Assembly (NCBI GenBank): GCA_020430505.1
Contig: JAGQJT010000004.1
Coordinates: 576 to 64,575, forward strand
Length of the DNA stretch: 64,000 nucleotides
Reading direction: 5' to 3'
From: Nanobdellota archaeon
GTDB taxonomy: Archaea; Nanobdellota; Nanobdellia; Pacearchaeales; GW2011-AR1
Below are positions 16,100 through 25,165 of this stretch, piece after piece (position 1 is the first letter of the stretch; the number at the start of each line of letters is the position of its first letter). The notes under the pieces were generated by a model. It was not told the DNA's origin and made no database searches. It saw only the letters and a list, made by a program, of their open reading frames with translations. The translations under genes were made by a program, and so were the position numbers.

Positions 16100-16972
16100 A
16101 TGACAGAAGACATAAAAAAAACAGCTGAAGCATATGAAACAGTTTCCGAGGAGAAAGTTTTAGACGAGGCTAAAGATGTTGAGAAGGTTACAAATAAAAT
16201 GATTGAAAAGAAAACTGAAGAAGAAACAAGGAAAAAAGAAAAGGAGAAGAAAGAAATAATCAAGAAAAAAGAAGAATCTGAAAAAGTTCCTGAAAGAAGA
16301 TTGACAAGAAAAGAAATGCAAGAAGCTGAAGAGAAGAGATTATTAGAATCTTGGGAACCTAAGACAAAGTTAGGAAAGGATGTTAAAAATGGAAAGATAA
16401 AAACTTTGGATGAAGTTATTGATAGTGGTCAGAAAATTCTTGAAGAACAAGTAGTAGATTACCTTGTTCCAATTCAATCAGATTTAATTTCTATAGGACA
16501 AGCTAAAGGAAAATTCGGAGGAGGAAAAAGAAGAGCTTGGAGACAAACTCAAAGAAAAACTGAAGAAGGAAATGTTTTAACTTTCTCTAGCATGGCTGTT
16601 GTAGGAGATGAAAAAGGACATGTTGGAATTGGAGTTGGAAAAGCAACAGAAACTCTTCCTGCGAGAGATAAAGCAGTAAGAAAAGCGAAATTAAGCTTAA
16701 TTAAAGTTCAAAGAACTTGTGCAGGATTTGATTGCTCTTGTTCCGAAAAGCACACAATCCCTTTTGAAGTTACTGGAAAATCTGGAAGCGTTAGAGTAAC
16801 TTTGATTCCTGCTCCTCAAGGAACAGGATTAGTAGTTGCAAATGAACTAAAGAAAATTCTTAAATTAGCAGGAATAAAAGATGTTTATAGCAAGACTTTT
16901 GGTAAACAAAGAACAACATTCAATTTGGCTAAGGCATGCATTGAAGCGTTGAACAAAACAAATAGAAAATGA
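16100..16972 (+). CDS. rps5: 30S ribosomal protein uS5 with a ~90 aa Lys/Glu-rich N-terminal extension
   Basis: Core: FSSMAVVGDEKGHVGIGVGKATE...IPAPQGTGLV. The N-terminus is EKKTEEETRKKEKEKKEIIKKKEESEK. Confidence 0.9.
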   Translation: MTEDIKKTAEAYETVSEEKVLDEAKDVEKVTNKMIEKKTEEETRKKEKEKKEIIKKKEESEKVPERRLTRKEMQEAEEKRLLESWEPKTKLGKDVKNGKIKTLDEVIDSGQKILEEQVVDYLVPIQSDLISIGQAKGKFGGGKRRAWRQTQRKTEEGNVLTFSSMAVVGDEKGHVGIGVGKATETLPARDKAVRKAKLSLIKVQRTCAGFDCSCSEKHTIPFEVTGKSGSVRVTLIPAPQGTGLVVANELKKILKLAGIKDVYSKTFGKQRTTFNLAKACIEALNKTNRK

Positions 16973-17334
16973 GTAAAATTGCAGTAATAAGAATAAAAGG
17001 AATGATTGGATTAAGAAAACCAATAGTTGAAACTTTAGATAGATTGAGATTAAAAAGAAAATATGCTTGTGTTGTTATCGAGGGAACTACAGAAAATCTT
17101 GGAATGGTGAAGAAAGTGAGGGATTTTGTGGCATTTGGAGAAATAAACGATGAAACTTACAAAGCCCTTGTTGATAAAAGAGGGAAAAAAGATGCTGATG
17201 GAAAACTAAAACCTTTTTTCAGATTACATCCTCCTAGAGGCGGAATTGAAACAAAGAAACACTTTGGTGTTGGAAAAGGAGTTTTAGGAAACCATAAAGA
17301 AAAAATAAACGAATTAATTATGAGGATGTTATAA
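16969..17334 (+). CDS. rpl30: 50S ribosomal protein uL30
   Basis: IAVIRIKGMIGLRKPIVETLDRLRL. Confidence 0.9.
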   Translation: MSKIAVIRIKGMIGLRKPIVETLDRLRLKRKYACVVIEGTTENLGMVKKVRDFVAFGEINDETYKALVDKRGKKDADGKLKPFFRLHPPRGGIETKKHFGVGKGVLGNHKEKINELIMRML

Positions 17335-17828
17335 TGAAACTCAAAAAGACAAAAAAAGTTAAGGGACAACGAGGGAAAGGATTCGGAACCCATGGTAGTG
17401 GAGCTAGAAAGAACAAAAGAAAGTCTGGTAACAAAGGTGGAATTGGAATGTCTGGTTCTGGAAAGAGAGCAGATCATAAAAAAACACTTGTAACAAAACT
17501 TTATGGAAATAAATATTTTGGTAAGCAAGGAATTACGTCAAGAGGAACAAAGAGAGATACAAGAAAGAGAATTAACTTAAGAGATATTCAAAACAACTTG
17601 GAGAAATTCGGTAAAGAGAATAAAGGAACTTGGATTATTGAATTAAAAGATTTTAAGATTCTTGGGACTGGAGAAGTTAAAAATAAGTTAATGATTACTT
17701 GTTTGGAAGCTTCTGAATCTGCAATTGAAAAAGTTAAAAAAGCTGGCGGAGAAATAACGGTTAAAGAGATCAAGAAGATTGAAACACCTGTTGTTGAAAA
17801 TCCAAAACACGCGAAGAAGAAGAAATAA
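17334..17828 (+). CDS. rpl15: 50S ribosomal protein uL15
   Basis: RGKGFGTHGSGARKNKRKSGNKGGIGMSGSG. Confidence 0.9.
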   Translation: MKLKKTKKVKGQRGKGFGTHGSGARKNKRKSGNKGGIGMSGSGKRADHKKTLVTKLYGNKYFGKQGITSRGTKRDTRKRINLRDIQNNLEKFGKENKGTWIIELKDFKILGTGEVKNKLMITCLEASESAIEKVKKAGGEITVKEIKKIETPVVENPKHAKKKK

Positions 17829-17891
17829 GATTATCAATATCGGATTCTAAAAATTTATAAAATTAAATTTCTTATTTTTGTAAGAGAAAAG

Positions 17892-18128
17892 ATGAGTGAA
17901 CTAACTACAAATCAACTGATCAAAATAATCGTAGGTTTCTTTGTGGTTGCTGTAGTAATCCTAGGAGTATACTTAATTTTTCAAAACAAAATCTTAACAT
18001 TTTTTCAAGTAGAAGAGCATATTGAAAATAATGATTCTTCTCAAGATAATTCTATTCAAATAAATCAAACCCCAAATTCCTCACAAAAACCTCAAATAAA
18101 TTTAGTTCCAATTGACGTAAAGACATGA
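17892..18128 (+). CDS. small single-pass membrane protein
   Basis: 78 aa; TM helix IKIIVGFFVVAVVILGVYLIF; ATGA-coupled to the next gene. Confidence 0.5.
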   Translation: MSELTTNQLIKIIVGFFVVAVVILGVYLIFQNKILTFFQVEEHIENNDSSQDNSIQINQTPNSSQKPQINLVPIDVKT

Positions 18129-19417
18129 AAAAAATAATTTTTGTTTTCATTTTCCTTATAATTTTTTCCAATATTGTAAGTGCAGGAGATATTTTTAGGA
18201 GTTTCCAAATTGACCCAGGTTCTCCTTTTCAGAATGTGGAAAATTTAAGTGGAATTAGAGAGATTCAATATGAATTATTTGAAAAGGAAAACGTTAATAT
18301 AAATGTTTATTTCCCTTCTGAAAAAAAGGCAAAAGAAAATGGTTATGATGGGGAAAGGCTTGCTAGAGACGCTTTTTCTAGAGCAGATTTAAACCATATT
18401 GCAACACCCTCTTTGAATTTAATAATTGTGGTTTGGGAAGATGAGTCTGGAAATGCCCACATAGATGTAGGATATGCAAAAGATTGTGGTTGGACTGAAA
18501 AAGGTTTATTTTTATTGACATCTCATCTCCTAGATAGAGAAGACCTAACCTCCTTTGAATTTTGGGAGACTATTCTTAAAAAAGTTTCAACTTCCTTAGA
18601 AACTTATAATCTGGATTATCTTAAAAGTTATTGCGAATTTGCAGAGGAACTAAAAGATAAATATGGGTGCAAGTCTTTTTTTCCAGAGTTAGAAGAAAAA
18701 AGAGATTTCTCTTCTAAACCTTACAAAATTGTTTTCATATTTGATGATTACAAACAGGAAGATTTTGAACTTGTTAGAAATAATTTTAAGGAAGTTCTTC
18801 TAGGCTTGAAAAAAAATGATTATTGGAATAAGAATTTTGATAAATTTCAATTTGAATATTTAGATGAACTTTTGTTTAACAATTATTCGGGAGTCGGGAG
18901 TCCTTCTTCAAATGTAGGCATTTCCTATTTAGAATCATATTGCTTGGCAGATAATGTTGCTTTCATAGCAAATTCCAGATTTAGATCATTTGCATTGCCC
19001 CCTACTCAAGGGGCAACAGGAAGCGCATATTTTTCTTTTCCTTTTGTAGAAAAAGACTATTGGATAGGGGATTACTCCTATTTTCTAGAGGATGAAACCT
19101 TACTAGTTCATGAATTTGGGCATTCAGTTTTTTGCCTGAGAGATGAATATACCGAAGAAGGGAGAGGAAATTTCTCTAGGCCCCCAAATTGCGCTAGCAA
19201 TCTCGAAGAAGCATTTGATTTTTGGGGAACTTTAATAGGAAGAGGAGAAGATAATTTATTTATCAAGATTTGGCCAGGATGTTCATATATAGAGGAAAAT
19301 ATTCGTCCAACATATAATTCTGTTATGAGAGAACATTTTAATGAAATAAATTATGGGATTGTGAATGAAAGATGGGCAGATTCCATTTTGAAAGGAGAAG
19401 TAGAATGCATATCCTAG
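18125..19417 (+). CDS. secreted zinc metallopeptidase, M64-like (HEFGHS...DEY)
   Basis: Signal peptide MKKIIFVFIFLIIFSNIVSA. The motif LLVHEFGHSVFCLRDEY matches the HExxHxxxGxxDEY pattern of peptidase family M64. Confidence 0.6.
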   Translation: MKKIIFVFIFLIIFSNIVSAGDIFRSFQIDPGSPFQNVENLSGIREIQYELFEKENVNINVYFPSEKKAKENGYDGERLARDAFSRADLNHIATPSLNLIIVVWEDESGNAHIDVGYAKDCGWTEKGLFLLTSHLLDREDLTSFEFWETILKKVSTSLETYNLDYLKSYCEFAEELKDKYGCKSFFPELEEKRDFSSKPYKIVFIFDDYKQEDFELVRNNFKEVLLGLKKNDYWNKNFDKFQFEYLDELLFNNYSGVGSPSSNVGISYLESYCLADNVAFIANSRFRSFALPPTQGATGSAYFSFPFVEKDYWIGDYSYFLEDETLLVHEFGHSVFCLRDEYTEEGRGNFSRPPNCASNLEEAFDFWGTLIGRGEDNLFIKIWPGCSYIEENIRPTYNSVMREHFNEINYGIVNERWADSILKGEVECIS

Positions 19418-20028
19418 GGATAAATTTTTATAAAAAAGCACTTTGCTTAATCTTTTTCATAATTTTAATTAACTTAGTTTCTGCAAATTACTTGCAACAA
19501 TCGTACCATATTCAAATAGATTATTATGAAGGAAACGTAAGTATTCAAAAAATAGAACTAGTAGAAGGATTTTCAGATAAAGTATCTTCAAATGAGGGAG
19601 AGAGTTATTCTTTAAAAATAATTTCATTTGATGGGGAAGTTTACCGAGATTATCCTTTTAATTTTCCAAGAGAAGTTTTCGTTACTCCTGGACCAGAATG
19701 TTTTGTTGAAGAAGGCATTGTAGATACAGATCTATGTGGAGGGCCCACACATTACCTTTCAAACTTTTCATCAGTTCTACTAAAGATTCCTTTTTCTCCT
19801 GGCGCAAAATCTTTAGAGCTGGTGGATCCATCTGGGAGATTGATCTTAAAAGAAGACCTTTCAAAATTCTCATGTGGAGATTTGATATGCGAAGAACATG
19901 AAACCTATTCTAGTTGTAGGAAAGATTGTTCCTTAAAGGACAACGAATATTTTGAAATTGGAATTGCTCTGGGAATAATAATTTTATTGGGGACCGGGAT
20001 TGGGATTTATCTAAAGAAAAAGAAGTGA
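19405..20028 (+). CDS. secreted protein with a C-terminal membrane anchor (start moved to MHILG...)
   Basis: Signal-like LCLIFFIILINLVSA. Cys-rich C-terminal part, then IGIALGIIILLGTGIGIYLKKKK. Confidence 0.5.
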   Translation: MHILGINFYKKALCLIFFIILINLVSANYLQQSYHIQIDYYEGNVSIQKIELVEGFSDKVSSNEGESYSLKIISFDGEVYRDYPFNFPREVFVTPGPECFVEEGIVDTDLCGGPTHYLSNFSSVLLKIPFSPGAKSLELVDPSGRLILKEDLSKFSCGDLICEEHETYSSCRKDCSLKDNEYFEIGIALGIIILLGTGIGIYLKKKK

Positions 20029-20038
20029 ACCAACAAAC

Positions 20039-20046
20039 TTTAAAAA
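20039..20046 (+). promoter_or_regulatory. TATA-like box (tttaaaaa), 21 nt before the secY ATG
   Basis: Same spacing rule as the other operon-first genes. Confidence 0.45.
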
Positions 20047-20067
20047 CTGATTTCTCCCTTATAGAAT

Positions 20068-21459
20068 ATGGACTTCAAGAATATATTTGGATTGATTCCA
20101 GAGGTGAAAAGCCCCTCAGAGAAAAAACTTAGTTTTAATGTTAAACTTAAATGGACTTTGATAGTTCTAGGCGCATTTTTTATTCTTGCAAATATTACTC
20201 TATTTGGTTTGAGTGCTGCAGCGATTGAAAGATTTGAATATCTTGCAATTATACTTGGGACAGATTTTGGTTCAATAATTTCCTTAGGTATTGGGCCCAT
20301 TGTTATGGGTTCTATTATCCTTCAACTTTTAACAGGAGCTGGAATAATTAGGCTAGATTTGAATACTCACGAAGGAAAGAAATTCTTCCAAGGTTTACAA
20401 AAAATATTAGTTATGTTCTTCATTGTTTTCGAAGCTTTAGTTTATGTTTTAATGAATGGTTTACAACCAATGCCTGGATTTGGTGCGATTGTAATTGCGC
20501 AGTTGATTCTTGGGGGTCTGGCAATTTATTATATGAATGAAGTTTCTGAAAAATGGGGTTTTGGTTCAGGAGTAAGTTTATTCATTGCAGCAGGAGTTTC
20601 ATGGAGATTAATAACACAAGCATTTCAGTTCATAGATGTTCAAGGAAAAAATTGTCTTATGAATTTTTCCACCACAGCCTGTTCTGGAAAGGTTTTAGTT
20701 TTAATCCAATCTATAATCCAAAAATATCCTACAGAGTTTTTATCAGCAGCAGCGGCACTTGTGGTAACCACCTTAATATTCCTAGCCATAGTTTGGGCAC
20801 AATCTTTGAAAGTAGAAATTCCCTTGTCCTATGGAAGGATAAGAGGTTATGGAGTTAAGTGGCCACTTTCATTCTTTTATTCAAGTGTTATTCCAGTTAT
20901 CTTCGCTGCAGCATTGGTAGCTAATGTACAATTGTTTGGAGGGATTTTAGAGAATTGGCTAGGCCACCCAACATTCCTAGGTCATTTTATTGATGGGCAA
21001 GCTGTATCAGGATTAGCATTCTGGTTGCATTCTACAAACATTCTTGAATTAATAATCAGAGGAGGATTCTTGCCAGTTTATTTGTTGCAAGGAGTAATTC
21101 ACATAGTTGTTTTCATGGCACTTTGTACAATATTTTCAATATTTTGGGTAAAAACATCTGGGATGGATTCAAAAGCGCAAGCCGAAAAGATATCTTCATC
21201 AGGATTACAAGTCGCAGGATTTAGACAAGATAACAGAATACTAGAAAGCATATTGGATAGATATATAATGCCATTAACCGTTATGGGAGGAGCCGCAATT
21301 GGTTTGCTTGCTGCACTTACAGATTTAATGGGAGCATTGGTTGGTGGAACTGCCATATTGTTAGTTATTATGATTATGTATCAGTTTTATCAAAGCATTG
21401 CACAACAACATATGACCGATATGAATCCTGCAATGAGAAAATTCATGGCTGCAAATTAA
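20068..21459 (+). CDS. secY: preprotein translocase subunit SecY
   Basis: 463 aa, 10 TM; LGIGPIVMGSIILQLL; position after the r-protein cluster. Confidence 0.95.
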   Translation: MDFKNIFGLIPEVKSPSEKKLSFNVKLKWTLIVLGAFFILANITLFGLSAAAIERFEYLAIILGTDFGSIISLGIGPIVMGSIILQLLTGAGIIRLDLNTHEGKKFFQGLQKILVMFFIVFEALVYVLMNGLQPMPGFGAIVIAQLILGGLAIYYMNEVSEKWGFGSGVSLFIAAGVSWRLITQAFQFIDVQGKNCLMNFSTTACSGKVLVLIQSIIQKYPTEFLSAAAALVVTTLIFLAIVWAQSLKVEIPLSYGRIRGYGVKWPLSFFYSSVIPVIFAAALVANVQLFGGILENWLGHPTFLGHFIDGQAVSGLAFWLHSTNILELIIRGGFLPVYLLQGVIHIVVFMALCTIFSIFWVKTSGMDSKAQAEKISSSGLQVAGFRQDNRILESILDRYIMPLTVMGGAAIGLLAALTDLMGALVGGTAILLVIMIMYQFYQSIAQQHMTDMNPAMRKFMAAN

Positions 21460-21460
21460 A

Positions 21461-22012
21461 ATGAAAAAACAAGGAAGTTTTAAAGTAATGTTTTTAGTAA
21501 TGTTGGTTTCTTTAGTTATTGCTTCGCTTTGGGACAAACTTCCTGCAATAAAAAATTCAATCCATTACGTTTTAAATCCTACTGCAGGAGCATTAATGAA
21601 TTGGAATTTAACTATTGGAATGTTGATAGTTGTTCTGATAATTTCCGCCTTAACAACAGTAATTCAAAAGTACACTACTGATCAAACAGAACTAAAAAGG
21701 TTGAAAAAAGAACAGAAGGCTCTTCAAAAAGAAATGAAAGAGCATAAAAGCAATCCTCAAAAAATGGCGGAATTACAAAAAAAACAGATGGCTTTCATTC
21801 CACAACAGTTTAAATTACAAATGGGCTCAATTGCATACACTGCAGTTCCATTAATCTTGCTTTTCAGATGGTTTGGAGATTATTTTGGAGAGATTATGAC
21901 TACAACGGGAGAACCAGTTAGATTCTTTGGGTTTTTAGGATGGTTTTTATTCTATTTAATCGTAACAATGGTGTTTAGTTCGCTACTTAAAAAATGGTGG
22001 GATATTGCTTAG
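21461..22012 (+). CDS. DUF106 / EMC3-TMCO1-like membrane protein (archaeal YidC/Oxa1-type insertase candidate)
   Basis: 3 TM segments with a coiled-coil loop (KRLKKEQKALQKEMKEHKSNPQKMAELQKKQM). Canonical position downstream of secY in archaea. Confidence 0.6.
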   Translation: MKKQGSFKVMFLVMLVSLVIASLWDKLPAIKNSIHYVLNPTAGALMNWNLTIGMLIVVLIISALTTVIQKYTTDQTELKRLKKEQKALQKEMKEHKSNPQKMAELQKKQMAFIPQQFKLQMGSIAYTAVPLILLFRWFGDYFGEIMTTTGEPVRFFGFLGWFLFYLIVTMVFSSLLKKWWDIA

Positions 22013-22046
22013 AAACTCTTAAAAACCCCTTTCTTTTAGAATTAAA

Positions 22047-22532
22047 ATGAACGAGCAAGAATTACAGGTAAAATTTCAAATATTTGAGCAACAAATAATG
22101 CAAATACAGCAACAGCTTCAAAGAGTTGATGAGGCCATTATGGAGTTAAATAATCTTGAAGAAGGCCTTGAAGAATTGAAAGGAAAAAAAGATTCAGAAA
22201 TTCTTGCGCAAATTGGGAGAGGGGTTTTTATCAAAGCAAAAGTGATTGAAGAAGATTTGACGGTAGATGTAGGAGGAGGAAATTTTGTTAAGAAACCTAT
22301 CGAAGAAACAAAAGAAATAACTTCTGATCAAATCTCTAAACTTGGCGAAATGAAAGAACTTTTAGAAGGAGAACTTGACAAATTGAATCAAGAGATTACA
22401 AAAACAATGTTAGAACATCAAAAATCTCAAAGTGGGCATACCCACGAGCATTCTCACCACGGAGAAAAATGCAATTGTGGAGACGATTGTGACTGTGATA
22501 AAGAAGATTGCCATTGTGGGCATGAGCATTAA
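22047..22532 (+). CDS. pfdA: prefoldin alpha-like subunit with a Cys/His-rich C-terminal tail
   Basis: Coiled coil, then beta-hairpin region (GRGVFIKAKV...LTVDVGGGNFV), then coiled coil. Tail: SGHTHEHSHHGEKCNCGDDCDCDKEDCHCGHEH. Confidence 0.6.
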   Translation: MNEQELQVKFQIFEQQIMQIQQQLQRVDEAIMELNNLEEGLEELKGKKDSEILAQIGRGVFIKAKVIEEDLTVDVGGGNFVKKPIEETKEITSDQISKLGEMKELLEGELDKLNQEITKTMLEHQKSQSGHTHEHSHHGEKCNCGDDCDCDKEDCHCGHEH

Positions 22533-22561
22533 TTCTTAATATAGTTTCAATCACTATAAAA

Positions 22562-22569
22562 TTTAAATA
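22562..22569 (+). promoter_or_regulatory. TATA-like box (tttaaata), 21 nt before ATG 22591
   Basis: Spacing rule. Confidence 0.4.
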
Positions 22570-22590
22570 CTAAAACAAAATAAATCTAAT

Positions 22591-22974
22591 ATGGAAGAAA
22601 GAAAATCCAATACAGCCCATTTTATAAATTCATATATGAATACAACAATTGAGTATAACAAAGCAACAATAAAAGCTTATACAAATCAAATTCAAAAAAA
22701 GTTAGGTGAATTAGGGATAAGTCCAAAAGAAGAGATTTCAAATCTTGAAGAGATTTCAAAAACAGATAATATAGGGCCTTGGTTGGCTTTGGGGGAGTAC
22801 TTTGTGGGGGAATTAGAATATGGAAGAGCAGAGGTTGGGATTGAGGCAGTTGAAATTGCTGAAACTTACCAAAAATTGACAAAAAAAGTTGGGCACAAGG
22901 GATTCGAAGATATCTCAAAAGACATCTTGAAAGTTATTGATAAACACATAAAAAGTAAAGAAGAATCACAATAA
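22591..22974 (+). CDS. hypothetical protein
   Basis: 127 aa ORF with its own TATA at -21. No motif recognised. Confidence 0.5.
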   Translation: MEERKSNTAHFINSYMNTTIEYNKATIKAYTNQIQKKLGELGISPKEEISNLEEISKTDNIGPWLALGEYFVGELEYGRAEVGIEAVEIAETYQKLTKKVGHKGFEDISKDILKVIDKHIKSKEESQ

Positions 22975-23005
22975 TTCTTAAAAATTCCTAAAAGATTTAT
23001 TTTAT

Positions 23006-23383
23006 ATGAAAGAACAATATTTTCCGTTATGGGCCAAAGGTGAGATAATGGTTTATTTTGAAGAAGGGGTTTCAGAAGGATTTGCAAAAGATTTTGGAAG
23101 TGCTTTGGGCTATGAATTTATTCCTTCAGATGGGCCATGGTATCTTTTTAAAACCGAGGTTGGAAAAGAAAAAGAAACAATGAATGAATTTTTGAGCTAC
23201 AAAAAATTTGTAAACGGCGTGGAAAGAAGGGATTTGAGACTGGAAAAAAGATTTAATTTTATAGATGGATTGATTTGGAAAACGAAAAATTTGGATAAAT
23301 TTTATACTTCATCTGAAAAAGAATTTTTAGAGGGGCTAAATGAAATAAGAAAAGAAATTGAAGACTACAAAGATTTGCCTTAA
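23006..23383 (+). CDS. hypothetical protein
   Basis: 125 aa ORF. TATA-like ttaaaaat lies 21 nt upstream. Confidence 0.5.
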   Translation: MKEQYFPLWAKGEIMVYFEEGVSEGFAKDFGSALGYEFIPSDGPWYLFKTEVGKEKETMNEFLSYKKFVNGVERRDLRLEKRFNFIDGLIWKTKNLDKFYTSSEKEFLEGLNEIRKEIEDYKDLP

Positions 23384-24201
23384 CTCTTCTTAACAACTTT
23401 CAAAAATTTATTATAACTCAAATTTCCTAACTCTGAAATAATCCCTTTAATGTATTCTTTTGGAACAAACTCAAAGGAAGGATTTTTTATCTTTATATTT
23501 TTTGGGGCTTTATCCCAAACTTCGTTTAATTTTCTATTTTCTATTGGAACTTTTTTATTTGAAAATTTCCACGAATCAGCGACGACGTAAAAAGGAATTT
23601 TGTATTTTTTAGCAAGAATTGCCAACATTTCACTTCCTATTTTATTTATAATTCCTTCTTTAACCAAAGCATCAGAACCTATGAAAACTTTTGAGACTTT
23701 TTTTGTTCCAGAATCTCTAGAAAGTGCAACGTTCATAGCAGAATCAACAAACATTGTAACAGGAATTCCTGCTTTTCTTAATTCGCTTGCAGTCTTTCTG
23801 CCCTGAAATAAAGGTCGTGTTTCAGTGTTGTAAACTTCAAACTTTTTACCTTTCTTTTTAGCATTTATCAAGGCTTTGACAACATTCGTTGAATGACAGT
23901 GAGTGAAAATAACATCCCCCTTCTTTATTTCTTTGAGAACAAATTTATTTATTTCATTTTGAGCATCTGTAAAATGATCCAAAATTTTATTAGAATCCTC
24001 TCCTTTTTCCAAACGATTCAGAACATTTGTTAACATCGGTTCTGTAGGCCTCAAACCCTTCAAAATTTTTATTGATTTTTTTTTAGGTTTCAAAAGATAT
24101 GCATAAAGCGCCCATCCTGCAATATTCCTCGCCCCCTGAATTTTAATATCCTTTATATCTTTCGTGACTTGTGAAAAAGTAGGTTTCTTTTTTATCACCA
24201 T
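23380..24201 (-). CDS. eIF-2B alpha/beta/delta family protein, likely ribose-1,5-bisphosphate isomerase
   Basis: IQGARNIA..., FTHCHSTNV, YNTETRPLFQGRKTASEL, GSDALVKEGIINKIGS. Confidence 0.7.
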   Translation of the reverse strand: MVIKKKPTFSQVTKDIKDIKIQGARNIAGWALYAYLLKPKKKSIKILKGLRPTEPMLTNVLNRLEKGEDSNKILDHFTDAQNEINKFVLKEIKKGDVIFTHCHSTNVVKALINAKKKGKKFEVYNTETRPLFQGRKTASELRKAGIPVTMFVDSAMNVALSRDSGTKKVSKVFIGSDALVKEGIINKIGSEMLAILAKKYKIPFYVVADSWKFSNKKVPIENRKLNEVWDKAPKNIKIKNPSFEFVPKEYIKGIISELGNLSYNKFLKVVKKS

Positions 24202-24222
24202 AAACAGATAACTCTAAGAAAC

Positions 24223-24230
24223 TTTAAAAA
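24223..24230 (+). promoter_or_regulatory. TATA-like box (tttaaaaa), 21 nt before ATG 24252
   Basis: Spacing rule. Confidence 0.4.
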
Positions 24231-24251
24231 ATCTCTTTTTCTATTAGAAAT

Positions 24252-25121
24252 ATGCTAGAATCTCTAGTTAACCCAAAAAGACTGGTGAAAGGTTCCTGGA
24301 AAATGTTTTTCATAGGATTACTTTACGGTTCACTTTCTCTTTTGCTTGTAAAAGTATTCTTTTCTGGAGATGCTGTTTTGAGCAAATTTTCAGGATTAAT
24401 CGTAGTCACATTTTGTGTTATGTTTTCTTTGCCCTTCATTTATTATATTATAAAAAAAGAAGAAAAAGAAGATGAAGACGTGGAAGGTTTATTGCACGTT
24501 TGGCATGTTCATAGAGAAGCAATATTTGCTTTTATTTGGTTATTCATAGGATTTGTAATAGCATTCGCATTTTGGAATGCAGTTTTACAAGATTCAAATT
24601 TGCTAAATGCTCAAATTGAAACTTATTGCATGATCAACAGCCCTACAAGCATAGAAAATTGTGTGCAACAATATTCATTTGAGGAGAATGGAGCGAGTGC
24701 AGCAACTGCAGCAGCATTAAGTAATTCTACAAGGCTTTTATCGATAATCGAAAATAACATTTACGTTATGATTTTTACCCTCATATTTTCGTTGATATTT
24801 GGTGCGGGAGCTATTTTTATACTTGCATGGAATGCATCTGTGATTGCAGGGGCCATAGGAATATTTACAAAATATTCTCTTGCAAGAATTCCTTTGGGAT
24901 TTTTTAGATATATGATTCATGGAATTCCCGAAATTGCAGCGTATTTTATAACTGCCCTTGCAGGAGGAATTCTTGGAGTGGGATTTGCAAGAAATGACTT
25001 CAGAACAAAAAAATTTGTTAGGGTTTTAGAGAACGTTATGATCTTATTATTCGTATCTCTTGTAATTTTAATCTTAGCCGGACTTTTGGAAGTTTATTTA
25101 ACTCCAATCATATTTAGATAG
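24252..25121 (+). CDS. SpoIIM-like / DUF95 family membrane protein
   Basis: Multi-TM; IHGIPEIAAYFITALAGGILG is typical of DUF95. Confidence 0.5.
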   Translation: MLESLVNPKRLVKGSWKMFFIGLLYGSLSLLLVKVFFSGDAVLSKFSGLIVVTFCVMFSLPFIYYIIKKEEKEDEDVEGLLHVWHVHREAIFAFIWLFIGFVIAFAFWNAVLQDSNLLNAQIETYCMINSPTSIENCVQQYSFEENGASAATAAALSNSTRLLSIIENNIYVMIFTLIFSLIFGAGAIFILAWNASVIAGAIGIFTKYSLARIPLGFFRYMIHGIPEIAAYFITALAGGILGVGFARNDFRTKKFVRVLENVMILLFVSLVILILAGLLEVYLTPIIFR

Positions 25122-25136
25122 TTCTTTGTAATTAAC

Positions 25137-25144
25137 TTTAAAAA
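25137..25144 (+). promoter_or_regulatory. TATA-like box (tttaaaaa), 21 nt before ATG 25166
   Basis: Spacing rule. Confidence 0.4.
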
Positions 25145-25165
25145 TAGAAACATACTTGGAAAAAT

